A stretch of 58,557 nt of DNA from Bdellovibrionia bacterium (GCA_030432925.1 JAUILT010000004.1:1-58557); one strand, 5' to 3'. Shown: positions 10,360 to 19,782, counted from the first letter of the stretch. The notes: generated by a model from the sequence alone, not told the origin. Numbers and translations are program-made.

Positions 10360-11883
10360 ATGAAATTTCAAAATGCCCTTGTCAGCGTCTCCGACAAAAC
10401 CGGTCTTGTTGATTTTATTAAGCCTTTGGCTGAGCAAGGTACGCGCATTGTCTCGACCGGAGGAACAGCAAAAGTATTACGAGAAGCAGGGGTGGATGTA
10501 GTGGATGTGAGTGAGCAGACCGGGTTTCCTGAAGTGATGGATGGGAGGGTTAAAACTCTGCACCCTCATATTCATATGGCTCTGCTGGCTAGAAAAGATC
10601 ATCATGCTGACAGCGAGGTGCTTGAAAAAAATGGATTAGAGCCTTTTGATTTGGTTGTAGGTAACTTATATCCCTTTGCAGAGGCCTTGAAAAAGAATTT
10701 GACATTGAAAGAGCAGGTGGAGTTCATTGATATTGGTGGACCCTCATTTTTGAGAGCTGCAGCCAAGAGCTTTGAGCGGATGGCAGTGGTCTGTGACCCA
10801 TCAGATTACTCTTGGGTTCTTGAGGTCAATGAGCTTTCCGGTGAGCAGAAAAAAAAGTTGGCCGGAAAGGTTTTTGCTCATACGAGTACTTATGACTCAA
10901 TGATTTCAGAATATTTGCTAAAAGGTGAAGTGGGAGGGAGTGAATGGACTCTATCCGGTCAAAAGGTGTCTCGTCTTCGTTATGGTGAAAACCCCCAGCA
11001 AAAAGCAGACTGGTACAGTTTTTCTGGTAACCAAGGAGGTTTGCATGAGGCTGAGAAGCTTCAGGGTAAGGAACTCTCCTATAATAACCTTTTAGATCTA
11101 GATGCAGCCCTTTCCACTTTGAGAGATTTTCACTTTGGCCCAGCCTGTGTTTCTGTAAAGCACAATAATCCCTGTGGAATTGCTACTGGAGACTCCATTG
11201 AGGAAGCCGTTCAGCTCTCTTTAAAGGCAGATCCTGTCAGCGTGTTTGGAGGAATTGTTGCTTTAAATGAAACTGTTTCTGAAGAAGTTGCTCGCTCTTT
11301 AACGGAACTTTTTTTAGAGTGTGTTGTGGCACCAGATTTTTCGAAAGCAGCGTTGGAGCTTCTACAAAAGAAAAAGAACTTACGATTATTAAAATGGCCT
11401 CAAATGATGCAAAAGTACGGCGATCACACAGTCAAAGTGGTAGATGGAGGTTTTTTAATTCAAGATTTTGATGTTTGCAATGGCTGGCAGAGTGATTGGA
11501 AGGTCTTTGGAGAGAACATAACAGAACAAGGTCGACAGGCCTTTGTGTTTGCGTGGAAATCGTGCGCCCATTTGAAGAGCAATGCCATTGCTATTTGTAA
11601 TCATCGGCAGAGCATTGGTATGGGGATGGGCCAGGTGAATCGTGTAGACGCTGTTCAACAGGCCATTCAACGGTGGCAGAATTTTCATAATGGTATCGAT
11701 GATGTTGTCTTGGCTAGTGACGCCTTTTTTCCATTTTCAGATTCCATTGAGCTGGCCTATAGTGCAGGAATTCGTAAGGTGATTCAGCCTGGAGGGTCAA
11801 TTAAAGATGAGGAAGTGATTGCTAAAGCTCTGGAGCTGGGAGTTCAGATGGTGTTGACTGGTCAGCGTCATTTTCTGCACTAA
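10360..11883 (+). CDS. purH: Bifunctional AICAR transformylase / IMP cyclohydrolase
   Basis: ALVSVSDKTG, STGGTA, GRVKTLHP, IDIGGP, LRYGENPQQ, KHNNPCG, ASDAFFPF, IQPGGS. Start placed at ATG 10360. Confidence 0.97.
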   Translation: MKFQNALVSVSDKTGLVDFIKPLAEQGTRIVSTGGTAKVLREAGVDVVDVSEQTGFPEVMDGRVKTLHPHIHMALLARKDHHADSEVLEKNGLEPFDLVVGNLYPFAEALKKNLTLKEQVEFIDIGGPSFLRAAAKSFERMAVVCDPSDYSWVLEVNELSGEQKKKLAGKVFAHTSTYDSMISEYLLKGEVGGSEWTLSGQKVSRLRYGENPQQKADWYSFSGNQGGLHEAEKLQGKELSYNNLLDLDAALSTLRDFHFGPACVSVKHNNPCGIATGDSIEEAVQLSLKADPVSVFGGIVALNETVSEEVARSLTELFLECVVAPDFSKAALELLQKKKNLRLLKWPQMMQKYGDHTVKVVDGGFLIQDFDVCNGWQSDWKVFGENITEQGRQAFVFAWKSCAHLKSNAIAICNHRQSIGMGMGQVNRVDAVQQAIQRWQNFHNGIDDVVLASDAFFPFSDSIELAYSAGIRKVIQPGGSIKDEEVIAKALELGVQMVLTGQRHFLH

Positions 11884-11981
11884 TTTGAAGTCACACGAGT
11901 TGTCGCAGCACTCAAAGGCCTCCAGGACGTTGGTTGAGATCCCCCTCCTGTCGTGACACTGTTTATAAGTTCCTCCATTAT

Positions 11982-13775
11982 ATGGATATGGATCTGTCGG
12001 AGAAAAGAAGCTGGCTGGTTAAGGCCAGCGGCCGGATAATGGGACCACATACAAAATCGGAGATATTTGATCTTCTTAAGAAAAAGGAGATAGTTGTTCT
12101 TAATGAAGTCATGCCTCCTTTCCGGCGTTGGCAGTACATTCGTGATTTGGATGAGTTTGCTGATATTGTCGAAGAGCTGAGAGTTCTTGAGTTTGGCAGT
12201 AACGAAGATCATACCATGACAACGTCACAAACAGTTTCGGTGACAGAAAAACTAGAAAACACCTATGACGATGATCGAACTCAGGATTTTCCTATTGGAG
12301 TACCTAAGGAAATTATTATTAATGACATTAAGGAAACTCCTACAGGCTCTGCTAAAGTTCGCCCTTCTAGTGTGCGTACTCAGTTTCGAGCAGATTTTCA
12401 GAATGTGGAGGTTGAAAAGGAGTCTGATCGAATCACTCGGTCAATATGGGTTGGTGCAATAGGAGTGATACTTGCTGTAGCTGGATATGTGTTATTTAAA
12501 AAAATTGAGCCAGTGAAAAAAGAGAAAATCTACTCGGCTAAGGAATATACGAAAATGGCCTTAAGTCACTACTACGCTGGTGATTACCAGCTGGCCTTAC
12601 CTCTATTACATAAAGCAAGAAACTTAGATCCTGGTAGTGAAAAAGTTAATTCTTTGATTGCACCATTAATGGTTTTTCTTGAACCAGAAAAAAAAGATGA
12701 ACTAGAGAATATACTGGATCAATTGAGAGGGTCAGACAAAATCAGTCAAGAGAGAGCCCTCACATTAGAAGGTCTTCTTGATATCAAAGAAAAGAATTTT
12801 CGTTCTGCAAAAAGGTTTCTTAATGAGGCCCTCAGTAAAAACCCTTTTTTCTGGCAGGCTTTTGCTAACTTGGGAGTTATTAGTTTTCTTGAGGGCGATT
12901 ACCTCTCTGCAAAAAATCATTTTGAATCAGCGTTGAGTGTGGATGTACCCAATCGAACCTCTCGTGGTGAAGTGTATCTGATGCGTGCGGCTTCAGAAAT
13001 TTATCTTTGGAAAGAGAAAAATTCCAAAAATTATCTTGAAAATGCAAAGTCTGGCTTGGAAAGCTATATTTCTGAATACAGTGACTATAAGCAGGAGGCT
13101 TATTTGCTAAAAAGTTTTGTCGACTTTGCATTAAATGAAAAAAATCAGGCACAAAAATCTATAGACGATATGGTCAACACAGACCCTATGTTGACTCAGG
13201 AGCATGCCAAAGACCCTATGGTGGATCGCAGCCCCATCAGTTGGAAGCAGCTACTTCCTTGGTGTGAAGCTCTTGTCAGTGGAATGGGAGCCTCTGGTCC
13301 GGTAAGTGCCATGTACTCCCTTTGTTTGGTGCATAATGGTGAGAACGATATTGATGCTAAGGTAGAAATCTCCAAGGCCATGTCACAGGCGCCCACCGAC
13401 CCCCTAGTAAACTCTGTATTTTCCTACATCACTTGGGTATTGGGGGAGGAGTCCAAGGCAGAAATGCTTGTAACCAAGGCTATCGATCTGAACAGAACCC
13501 GAATGAAAACTTTACCTCACGTTGTGAAGGCACGTATTTGTGAAAAATCTAAGAACTATGAGTGTGCTATTGAACACTGGCAGGCCGTCAAGGTTCTCGA
13601 TCCAACATCGGTTTCTGCCTCAGGAGGACTGGCTTACAATTACCTCAAGTCCAAAAAATTTTCATTATTTGAGACAGCTTTTACTGAGGGCAGCAGATAC
13701 TCTCGGTATTATAAGCCGCTTTTGAGATCAGAGGTTTTGGCTGGAGAAGAAGGGCTGAATGTTCGACGTGATTGA
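11982..13775 (+). CDS. Bitopic membrane protein: cytoplasmic GYF_2-like domain, TM helix, periplasmic TPRs
   Basis: WLVKASGRIMGP (GYF_2-like start), TM IWVGAIGVILAVAGYVLF, multiple TPR-like repeats. Start codon uncertain. Confidence 0.65.
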   Translation: MDMDLSEKRSWLVKASGRIMGPHTKSEIFDLLKKKEIVVLNEVMPPFRRWQYIRDLDEFADIVEELRVLEFGSNEDHTMTTSQTVSVTEKLENTYDDDRTQDFPIGVPKEIIINDIKETPTGSAKVRPSSVRTQFRADFQNVEVEKESDRITRSIWVGAIGVILAVAGYVLFKKIEPVKKEKIYSAKEYTKMALSHYYAGDYQLALPLLHKARNLDPGSEKVNSLIAPLMVFLEPEKKDELENILDQLRGSDKISQERALTLEGLLDIKEKNFRSAKRFLNEALSKNPFFWQAFANLGVISFLEGDYLSAKNHFESALSVDVPNRTSRGEVYLMRAASEIYLWKEKNSKNYLENAKSGLESYISEYSDYKQEAYLLKSFVDFALNEKNQAQKSIDDMVNTDPMLTQEHAKDPMVDRSPISWKQLLPWCEALVSGMGASGPVSAMYSLCLVHNGENDIDAKVEISKAMSQAPTDPLVNSVFSYITWVLGEESKAEMLVTKAIDLNRTRMKTLPHVVKARICEKSKNYECAIEHWQAVKVLDPTSVSASGGLAYNYLKSKKFSLFETAFTEGSRYSRYYKPLLRSEVLAGEEGLNVRRD

Positions 13776-14475
13776 GTTGTATTTCAAGCGGTTTTTGGTC
13801 TTAGCCATTGTTATCGTTTTTGTGGCATGCTCTGAGCAGAAGCCATTGAGAGAATTAAACGGGTACAGTGATGGCTCTATTTATAAGTCTGATAAAGATG
13901 CTCCGATTCCCAGATCACTCGTATCTATGCTAGAAAAAGACTATATTGCTGTTTTTAGAGAAGAGCATCAGGACTCGCCCCTATCCGATTTACAACTGCA
14001 ACTTCAGGTTCCAAGGCGTCTTTTACAGATAAATGTCTTTATTAAAGAAAAGACGCCAGGCACTCTGGTCAAAGATTTTCGATTCTCACTGCCTCAAGGG
14101 GGGGCATCTATAGACCTAGCAGAGGTGGTGAATGAAGGTAAGGGCCTATTTTATGTTGATTTTGGGTTTGGAGGTCTCACAGATGAGCAAAAGAAAAAAA
14201 TAAAAGTTTATTTTGTAAGCAATGCTAAACGTTTTGACGTCCATGGCAAGACCTTTGGAGCCGGGTGTGGAAAATTTATGGATATCACCAGCTATTTTCA
14301 TAAATCTATACGGGTCAAAGGGGTTGAGCTGGCTGCTGCTGATTTTAGATATCTGGGCCAGCTTTTGGGGAGCTTTTTTTTCACATTTGCTGAGCCTGAT
14401 GCCTTATTTGTGGGAAGTGCAAGCTTTATTGACTCACGCTATCAGGAATCACACTGCCGATTTCCTGAAAGTTAA
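13759..14475 (+). CDS. Hypothetical lipoprotein
   Basis: Signal with lipobox FVAC; overlaps the end of the upstream TPR gene. Confidence 0.6.
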   Translation: MFDVIELYFKRFLVLAIVIVFVACSEQKPLRELNGYSDGSIYKSDKDAPIPRSLVSMLEKDYIAVFREEHQDSPLSDLQLQLQVPRRLLQINVFIKEKTPGTLVKDFRFSLPQGGASIDLAEVVNEGKGLFYVDFGFGGLTDEQKKKIKVYFVSNAKRFDVHGKTFGAGCGKFMDITSYFHKSIRVKGVELAAADFRYLGQLLGSFFFTFAEPDALFVGSASFIDSRYQESHCRFPES

Positions 14476-14555
14476 GAGTTGCAAATTGGATCAGTATAAA
14501 TAACGCAGTTATTCATGGCCTCGCAGTCAGAGCCAACTTGAGGTAGTCTTTTTTT

Positions 14556-15533
14556 ATGAGCAACAAGCAGTTTATTAAAGATCTTCAGGAAAAAGACCAA
14601 ATCAAATCTGTATTTATAGCTACAGACAAAGTGATCATGACAGATCGTAATGGTAAAAATTATTTATCATTGAATATTAAGGATGCCACAGGGTCCATGA
14701 ATGCTCGTATGTGGGATCGAGCGGACGAGTATGAAGGCTCTTTTCAATCGGGAGACTTTGTTTGGGTCAAAGGGCATGTTCAGGTTTACCAAAATCGCAG
14801 ACAGGTGGTTTTGCATGATATTAAGCCAGCTCCTGAGAGTGATTATAACCTTGATGACTTTATCAACGGTACTGAGAAAAGCGTTGATGATCTTTGGAAA
14901 GACTACCTGGAGTACTTAGACTCCATTGAAGACCCTCATATTGAGACCTTTTTAAAAAATATAAGTCAGAATCCAGAATTTCAGAATCTTCTTAAAAAAG
15001 CTCCAGCAGCAAAGTCTATACATCATGCCTATATGGGAGGATTACTTGAGCATATCATTTCTATTTGTGGCTTGATGGATGCTGTGGCTTCCCATTACTC
15101 TTGGCTGAACAGAGATTACCTTATTTTTGGGGCTATTTTTCACGACATAGGTAAAGTTGAGGAGTTGGTTTTTGAGTCCGGCATACAATATTCTGATAAG
15201 GGTAAACTTGTCGGTCACATGAATATTGCCTGCAGTTACATTGATAAATACTCTCAAGACATCGATGGTATGACAGAGTTAAAGCGGGATATCCTCAAGC
15301 ACATTGTTTTAAGTCACCATGGGAAACTTGAGTATGGCTCACCAAAACTCCCATTTTTTCCAGAGGCTATGATTGTAGCTATGATTGATGATCTTGATAG
15401 CAAGTTGAATACTATTTTTAAGTTTATGGAGTCTGAACTAGAAGGTGGAGAATCTTGGTCTCGTTTTCATCAGGGATTTGAGCGCTACTTTTACCTGGAT
15501 ATCTTTAGAGAAAAGCTGACAAATAGTAAGTAG
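14556..15533 (+). CDS. yhaM: YhaM-family 3'-5' exoribonuclease (OB fold + HD domain)
   Basis: N-terminal OB fold, PAAKSIHHAYMGGLLEH, HDIGK, LSHHGKLEYGSP, DDLDSK. Confidence 0.88.
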   Translation: MSNKQFIKDLQEKDQIKSVFIATDKVIMTDRNGKNYLSLNIKDATGSMNARMWDRADEYEGSFQSGDFVWVKGHVQVYQNRRQVVLHDIKPAPESDYNLDDFINGTEKSVDDLWKDYLEYLDSIEDPHIETFLKNISQNPEFQNLLKKAPAAKSIHHAYMGGLLEHIISICGLMDAVASHYSWLNRDYLIFGAIFHDIGKVEELVFESGIQYSDKGKLVGHMNIACSYIDKYSQDIDGMTELKRDILKHIVLSHHGKLEYGSPKLPFFPEAMIVAMIDDLDSKLNTIFKFMESELEGGESWSRFHQGFERYFYLDIFREKLTNSK

Positions 15534-15590
15534 AAGCGGTCTCAATCCCCTCAAAAAGGAACAAAATTGTGTGAGAGTCGAAGGAATTCT

Positions 15591-16247
15591 TCAAAGGATA
15601 AGAAGGACAAACTCTGCCTTATCAAATGGAAGTGATTTTAGTAGCTTAGACGCTAGCCCCTGTAAAACTGTTTCGTCATTATGGCTCATTTTTAACCCCA
15701 GGACTAAGGTGCGCTGAGGAAAATACTTTTGGCACTCTTCCAGGGTCTTTTTTAGCCGATAGGGAGTGTCCATAATCACTAGAGAGTCTTTGAGGTTTTC
15801 CAAATATTTGAGTCTTTTTTGTCGTTCTTCAGTTTTGGCCGGTAAAAAGCCCTGAAAATAAAATTGATCCAGCCGGTGGCCACAGACACTGAGTAGAGCT
15901 GTCAGGCTGGAGGGACCTGGAATACTATTGATGGAAACCTTATTTTGTCGACATAAGGCCACGAGACGAGCCCCTGGATCACAAAAGCCAGGCGTTCCAC
16001 AATCAGAGATCAGGGCGACAGTTTTTGAGCGGCACAGGTTTAATAAAGCCTGGAGATCCTCTTTGGTGCTGTGTTCATTAAGCAGGTGAATCTTTTTTTG
16101 TGGCGAGAGTCCCACACTCTTGAGGAGGCGCCGAGTGGGCTTGGCTTCTTCACCGATAATGATGTCGGATTCATCCAAAAGACGTTTTGCACGAAGACCA
16201 ATATCTTCTGGATGACCAATAGGTGTAGCGATAACGTAAAGTGACAT
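15591..16247 (-). CDS. rsmI: 16S rRNA (cytidine1402-2'-O)-methyltransferase
   Basis: LYVIATPIG, ALISDCGTPGFCDPG, IPGPSS, FQGFLP, TPYRL. Confidence 0.9.
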   Translation of the reverse strand: MSLYVIATPIGHPEDIGLRAKRLLDESDIIIGEEAKPTRRLLKSVGLSPQKKIHLLNEHSTKEDLQALLNLCRSKTVALISDCGTPGFCDPGARLVALCRQNKVSINSIPGPSSLTALLSVCGHRLDQFYFQGFLPAKTEERQKRLKYLENLKDSLVIMDTPYRLKKTLEECQKYFPQRTLVLGLKMSHNDETVLQGLASKLLKSLPFDKAEFVLLIL

Positions 16248-16258
16248 TTTACTATTGG

Positions 16259-16342
16259 GTACGCCGTACCTTTTTGTGGTTGGGCGAGTTTTAGTGGTGA
16301 GGCCACTAGAACTCGCTGGCTTGTCACAGAGGTAGGGCGTGC
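16259..16342. repeat. Long imperfect intergenic palindrome (REP/MITE-like hairpin)
   Basis: Inner arms GCGAGTTTTAGTGG (16284-16297) / CCACTAGAACTCGC (16303-16316); outer arms GTACGCCGTACCT / AGGTAGGGCGTGC. Confidence 0.65.
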
Positions 16343-16357
16343 CGTACGTTTTTTAAA

Positions 16358-16750
16358 TTAGTTCTTGCTTATGCAAATCTGATATTTGAGGCCAGCTGCA
16401 AGAACAATATTAACTGTTTTGGGTGTAAAGACCTGCATAAAAGCTTCGATTTGCCCTCCACAAGTTGAAACAAGTCCGTTGAGAAACTCTTCTTGTTCCT
16501 GCTCGGTGAGCTTTTCTTGTTTGGAGACTTTTTCAACAGCTAAAGACATATCAGCCTTTTTAGCAAAGCACTCATACAGATCGCCAGCAAGAGTGACTTT
16601 TGAGCCAGACTCTTTAGCTACTTTTTGGTCTTCGGCATCAAAGCTGGCCTTGTATTGAGCATGCATTTCTTCGCAGGACTGAAGTGGCTCTTGTTGAGCG
16701 ACTGCAGAAAATGCAAGTCCAGCGGCCAATATACAAAAGAGTAGTTTCAT
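16358..16750 (-). CDS. Secreted helical hypothetical protein with 4 Cys in the mature region
   Basis: Signal peptide MKLLFCILAAGLAFSAVA; GGAG-type RBS upstream. Confidence 0.7.
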   Translation of the reverse strand: MKLLFCILAAGLAFSAVAQQEPLQSCEEMHAQYKASFDAEDQKVAKESGSKVTLAGDLYECFAKKADMSLAVEKVSKQEKLTEQEQEEFLNGLVSTCGGQIEAFMQVFTPKTVNIVLAAGLKYQICISKN

Positions 16751-16895
16751 GGGGAGCTCCTTAAAGGTGGTTATTGTTTCTATAGTGGTATATAATGCAA
16801 AGCAGCGAATCGCAAAGAAACCTCAGCTAAAACTTTGTTTGTGAAACTTTTTTAAATGATTCCTTTCATTGCGGATATGTTAACCGCTTCTATAT

Positions 16896-16936
16896 GAAGC
16901 TACTAGCATCCGCAATTAAGGGGACCAGTTTGTAAA
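16896..16936 (-). repeat. Dispersed 41-bp repeat, copy 1
   Basis: Reverse complement matches 44992-45032 at 36/41 positions. Confidence 0.75.
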
Positions 16937-17677
16937 GTTCCACTCGAAGCGGATTCTGGGAAGGTGTTCCGGAGCCTGCTCTCTGCCAGAGTTCACGGAG
17001 TGCATATAAACAATCTGAATTTCGGGAAATTTCTCAGCAACTTTGTTGATAATAACGGGTTCATTTTCAAAAAACCACACTTTTGAAAGGTCCAAATCTG
17101 ACCATTCGGAAAAAACCTGTAACTTATACAGTGTGTCTTCGACGGAGGTATCTGGCTTCATACGCAGGCAGTCCGGACTCTTTAATGGGAAACCATGATA
17201 GGCCAGGGACTTGAGGGTGCCAGCCTCCATTCGCTGGCGATCCCGGCCAGTGAGGTAGTACACCTCAACGCCTTGATTATGGACATGATTCACAAACTTC
17301 ACCGCACCTGGATAAGGGGTGTCCTGATCCAGGTGGTGACTACTGAAGAAGTGTTGAATCCAGTACTCCCGTGCAGCCTCAAAAAACTGAAGAGTCTCTT
17401 TAATACCGTGTCGGTTCAGCACGGTTTTAATTCCCCAGTCAGAAGGGGTGGCCTTGATAGACTGGAGCTTTGCTGCAGCTTCGGGAAATTGATCCTGAAT
17501 ATGAGCCTCTTGGGCGAATTTTCTCAGAATGAACTCAGTTCGAGGGCTCACGCAAAACAAAGTGGAGTCGAGGTCAAATACAAACCGTGGGGTGACCCCT
17601 TGTTTCAAAAGGCGGTGAGCCTTTTCTAATGTCTCATTAAGGACAGGTGAGCCTTGGTTTGTATCATTTTCTTTCAT
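16916..17677 (-). CDS. HAD-superfamily hydrolase (acid phosphatase-like)
   Basis: Motif I FVFDLDSTL, motif II YLTGR, PYPGA, WFFENEP. Start placed at ATG 17677 (uncertain). Confidence 0.8.
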   Translation of the reverse strand: MKENDTNQGSPVLNETLEKAHRLLKQGVTPRFVFDLDSTLFCVSPRTEFILRKFAQEAHIQDQFPEAAAKLQSIKATPSDWGIKTVLNRHGIKETLQFFEAAREYWIQHFFSSHHLDQDTPYPGAVKFVNHVHNQGVEVYYLTGRDRQRMEAGTLKSLAYHGFPLKSPDCLRMKPDTSVEDTLYKLQVFSEWSDLDLSKVWFFENEPVIINKVAEKFPEIQIVYMHSVNSGREQAPEHLPRIRFEWNFTNWSP

Positions 17678-17835
17678 TTCAGCTGGTTTTCCGAAACAGT
17701 TCAAATTATCGACAATGTTTCGTAAATGTAGCTATCAATTGAATAGAAGTCAGTCAAAAACCTCAAATTCTCGATCTGAATGTTTCAAAAAGATTCAACA
17801 CCTTCATTGAAGTCAGACTTAAAATCTCGCTTTCC

Positions 17836-17863
17836 TTAAGTCCAGCACGGCTTTGGCCGATTT
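17836..17863 (+). promoter_or_regulatory. Sigma-28 (FliA)-type promoter upstream of the PilZ/gliding locus
   Basis: TTAAG-N15-GCCGATTT versus consensus TAAA-N15-GCCGATAA. Confidence 0.55.
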
Positions 17864-17948
17864 CAATAAAAATATCTGTGGAAAAAGTTTTTGTTAGACC
17901 CTGTGTCTTCATGGGGTGGAACGGTTTAAGGTGCAAGAAAGGTTAACT

Positions 17949-18821
17949 ATGAGTAAGTATCATATTTCTCATCAAGGGAAAACTATCGGACCCTACGAGT
18001 TCGAAGAGATCCTCAACAAAGTCAAGTCTTCAGAGTTGAACCTTATGGATTTCATTTATGATGAAGAGAAATCAGATTGGGTGATGCTTATGGAGTTTGG
18101 TCCCTTGGCTGAAAAGCTGAAAGATATCAAACCTCAAGCTCCACCGAAACCAGAGGCACCACCAAAAGCAAAAGAGGAGCAAGAAGAAGAACAGGAATTC
18201 CAGGCAACGGCAGAAAGAGTTAAGAAGGACAACTCTGGAGCAGCCAACGCAGATCACCTGGTGACAGAGTGGTATGTTCTTAAAGGTGAGAATAAATTTG
18301 GCCCATTTGCCTTTACGGATGTTCTTAAAATGCTTCAGCAAAAAGTTGTTTTTGAGTTTGATTTTGCCTGGCACCCAGGGCTATCCACCTGGAAGCGAAT
18401 TGCTGAATTAGAGGCTTTTGGAGTCGAAAATATCAATCAGCTCAAGACAACTTTGATGCCAGAGATTGAAGATGTGTTTTTTCGTAGAAGGCATCGGCGT
18501 GTAGGATATGGAGCTACCGTGTTGGTTCACGACAATAGTCAGATTTGGAAAGGTCAAGGAGTAGAGATCAGTGCAGGGGGAGCGGGTGTTATTATGGAAA
18601 ACTCTATGCTTCAGCCGGGACAAACTTTGCACTTACACTTTAAACCTTGTGATGGAGTTCCTCCCTTTAATGCGGTCTGTGAAGTGGTTAGTAAGAAGTA
18701 TGTGGATGGGATAAAAGATAAGCATGCTCCGATTCGATATGGTTTGAAATTTACTAATATTAATGAGCAAACACAGAAAGTATTGCAGGACTATTCCAAG
18801 TCTGGATCATCAGCCGCCTAA
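17949..18821 (+). CDS. GYF_2-GYF_2-PilZ domain protein
   Basis: Two GYF_2-like units (YHISHQGKTIGPY and WYVLKGENKFGPF...WHPGLSTW); C-terminal PilZ with RRRHRR, EISAGG and YGLKF. Confidence 0.8.
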   Translation: MSKYHISHQGKTIGPYEFEEILNKVKSSELNLMDFIYDEEKSDWVMLMEFGPLAEKLKDIKPQAPPKPEAPPKAKEEQEEEQEFQATAERVKKDNSGAANADHLVTEWYVLKGENKFGPFAFTDVLKMLQQKVVFEFDFAWHPGLSTWKRIAELEAFGVENINQLKTTLMPEIEDVFFRRRHRRVGYGATVLVHDNSQIWKGQGVEISAGGAGVIMENSMLQPGQTLHLHFKPCDGVPPFNAVCEVVSKKYVDGIKDKHAPIRYGLKFTNINEQTQKVLQDYSKSGSSAA

Positions 18822-18982
18822 GTGCTGATATTGAAATAGTTTAAGTGGTTCGTTTGTTGTGTATGTAATCTGAGAACCAATACTTCCGTAACGGCTATGC
18901 CTGATCGGAGCTATTGAGGGCTCGTCGCATGTACTCAGTCCAAATACCCTCAATTTATTTAAAGAAATCAATGGATCAGCAC
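18822..18982 (+). ncRNA. Candidate structured intergenic/leader RNA (unassigned family)
   Basis: Closing stem GTGCTGAT/ATCAGCAC plus ATTGA/TCAAT encloses three hairpins (TGGTTC/GAACCA, TTCCG/CGGAG, ATTGAGGG/CCCTCAAT). Confidence 0.35.
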
Positions 18983-19043
18983 CCGCCCAGTGTTAAAGCA
19001 CGGGGCTTGTGCCACTTTGACCACTACTCAAGGGGGTGAGGCA

Positions 19044-19769
19044 ATGGAAAATTTAGTCACAATGATCACAGATAGCGGTATTGCGGGCTATGTGATTATT
19101 ATTATGGGTGCAGCTGGTCTGGCCTTGATTATAGAGAGAATTAAGACTTTGTATTTTGATTACAATATCAAAACAGAGGATTTTATGAGGCAGGTAAAAA
19201 GCCTGGTGATGAACGACAAAGTAGAAGAGGCTGTAACATACTGTGCTGCCAATGAACAGGCGCCACTTGCCCACGTAGTTAAGGGAGTCCTTGAGCGTTC
19301 TGACCGTGATGATGAAGGTATCAATCAGGGTCTGGACATTGCTCTTGCTGAAATTATTCCTAACCTTGGAAAGAGATTAGGATATCTTGCGATGATTGCC
19401 AATGTGGCAACTCTGACAGGTTTACTTGGAACAATTCATGGCTTGATTATGTCATTTCAGGCGGTCAGTTTTGCTGATCCAGCGCAGAAGCAGACTATTC
19501 TAGCTCAAGGGATCTCTATGGCCATGAATACAACAGCGTTGGGTTTGAGTGTGGCTATTCCGGTTTCCATGATGTATGCATTTTTGCACTCAAGGCAAAA
19601 TCATATTCTAGAAGAAATTACAGAGCATTCCGCAAAGGTTGTGGATCTATTGACAACCCGTCATTACACACCCTTTACCAGCACGGGAGCCTTTCCACAG
19701 AATATGTCAGATGCAGATATTGCCGGATTAAAAAAGCAACCTCCAGCGCCTAGTAACAAGGCTGTGTAA
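19044..19769 (+). CDS. MotA/TolQ/ExbB proton-channel subunit (AglR-like)
   Basis: LAMIANVATLTGLLGTIHGLI, GISMAMNTTALGL; head of the gliding cluster. Confidence 0.9.
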   Translation: MENLVTMITDSGIAGYVIIIMGAAGLALIIERIKTLYFDYNIKTEDFMRQVKSLVMNDKVEEAVTYCAANEQAPLAHVVKGVLERSDRDDEGINQGLDIALAEIIPNLGKRLGYLAMIANVATLTGLLGTIHGLIMSFQAVSFADPAQKQTILAQGISMAMNTTALGLSVAIPVSMMYAFLHSRQNHILEEITEHSAKVVDLLTTRHYTPFTSTGAFPQNMSDADIAGLKKQPPAPSNKAV

Positions 19770-19782
19770 GAGGGAGTGAAAA

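Noticed and set aside
18822-18982. 6S RNA or c-di-GMP-I (GEMM) riboswitch
   Set aside because: The predicted fold is branched rather than a rod with a central bubble, and the GEMM GYAAA / GNRA-receptor signatures were not found.
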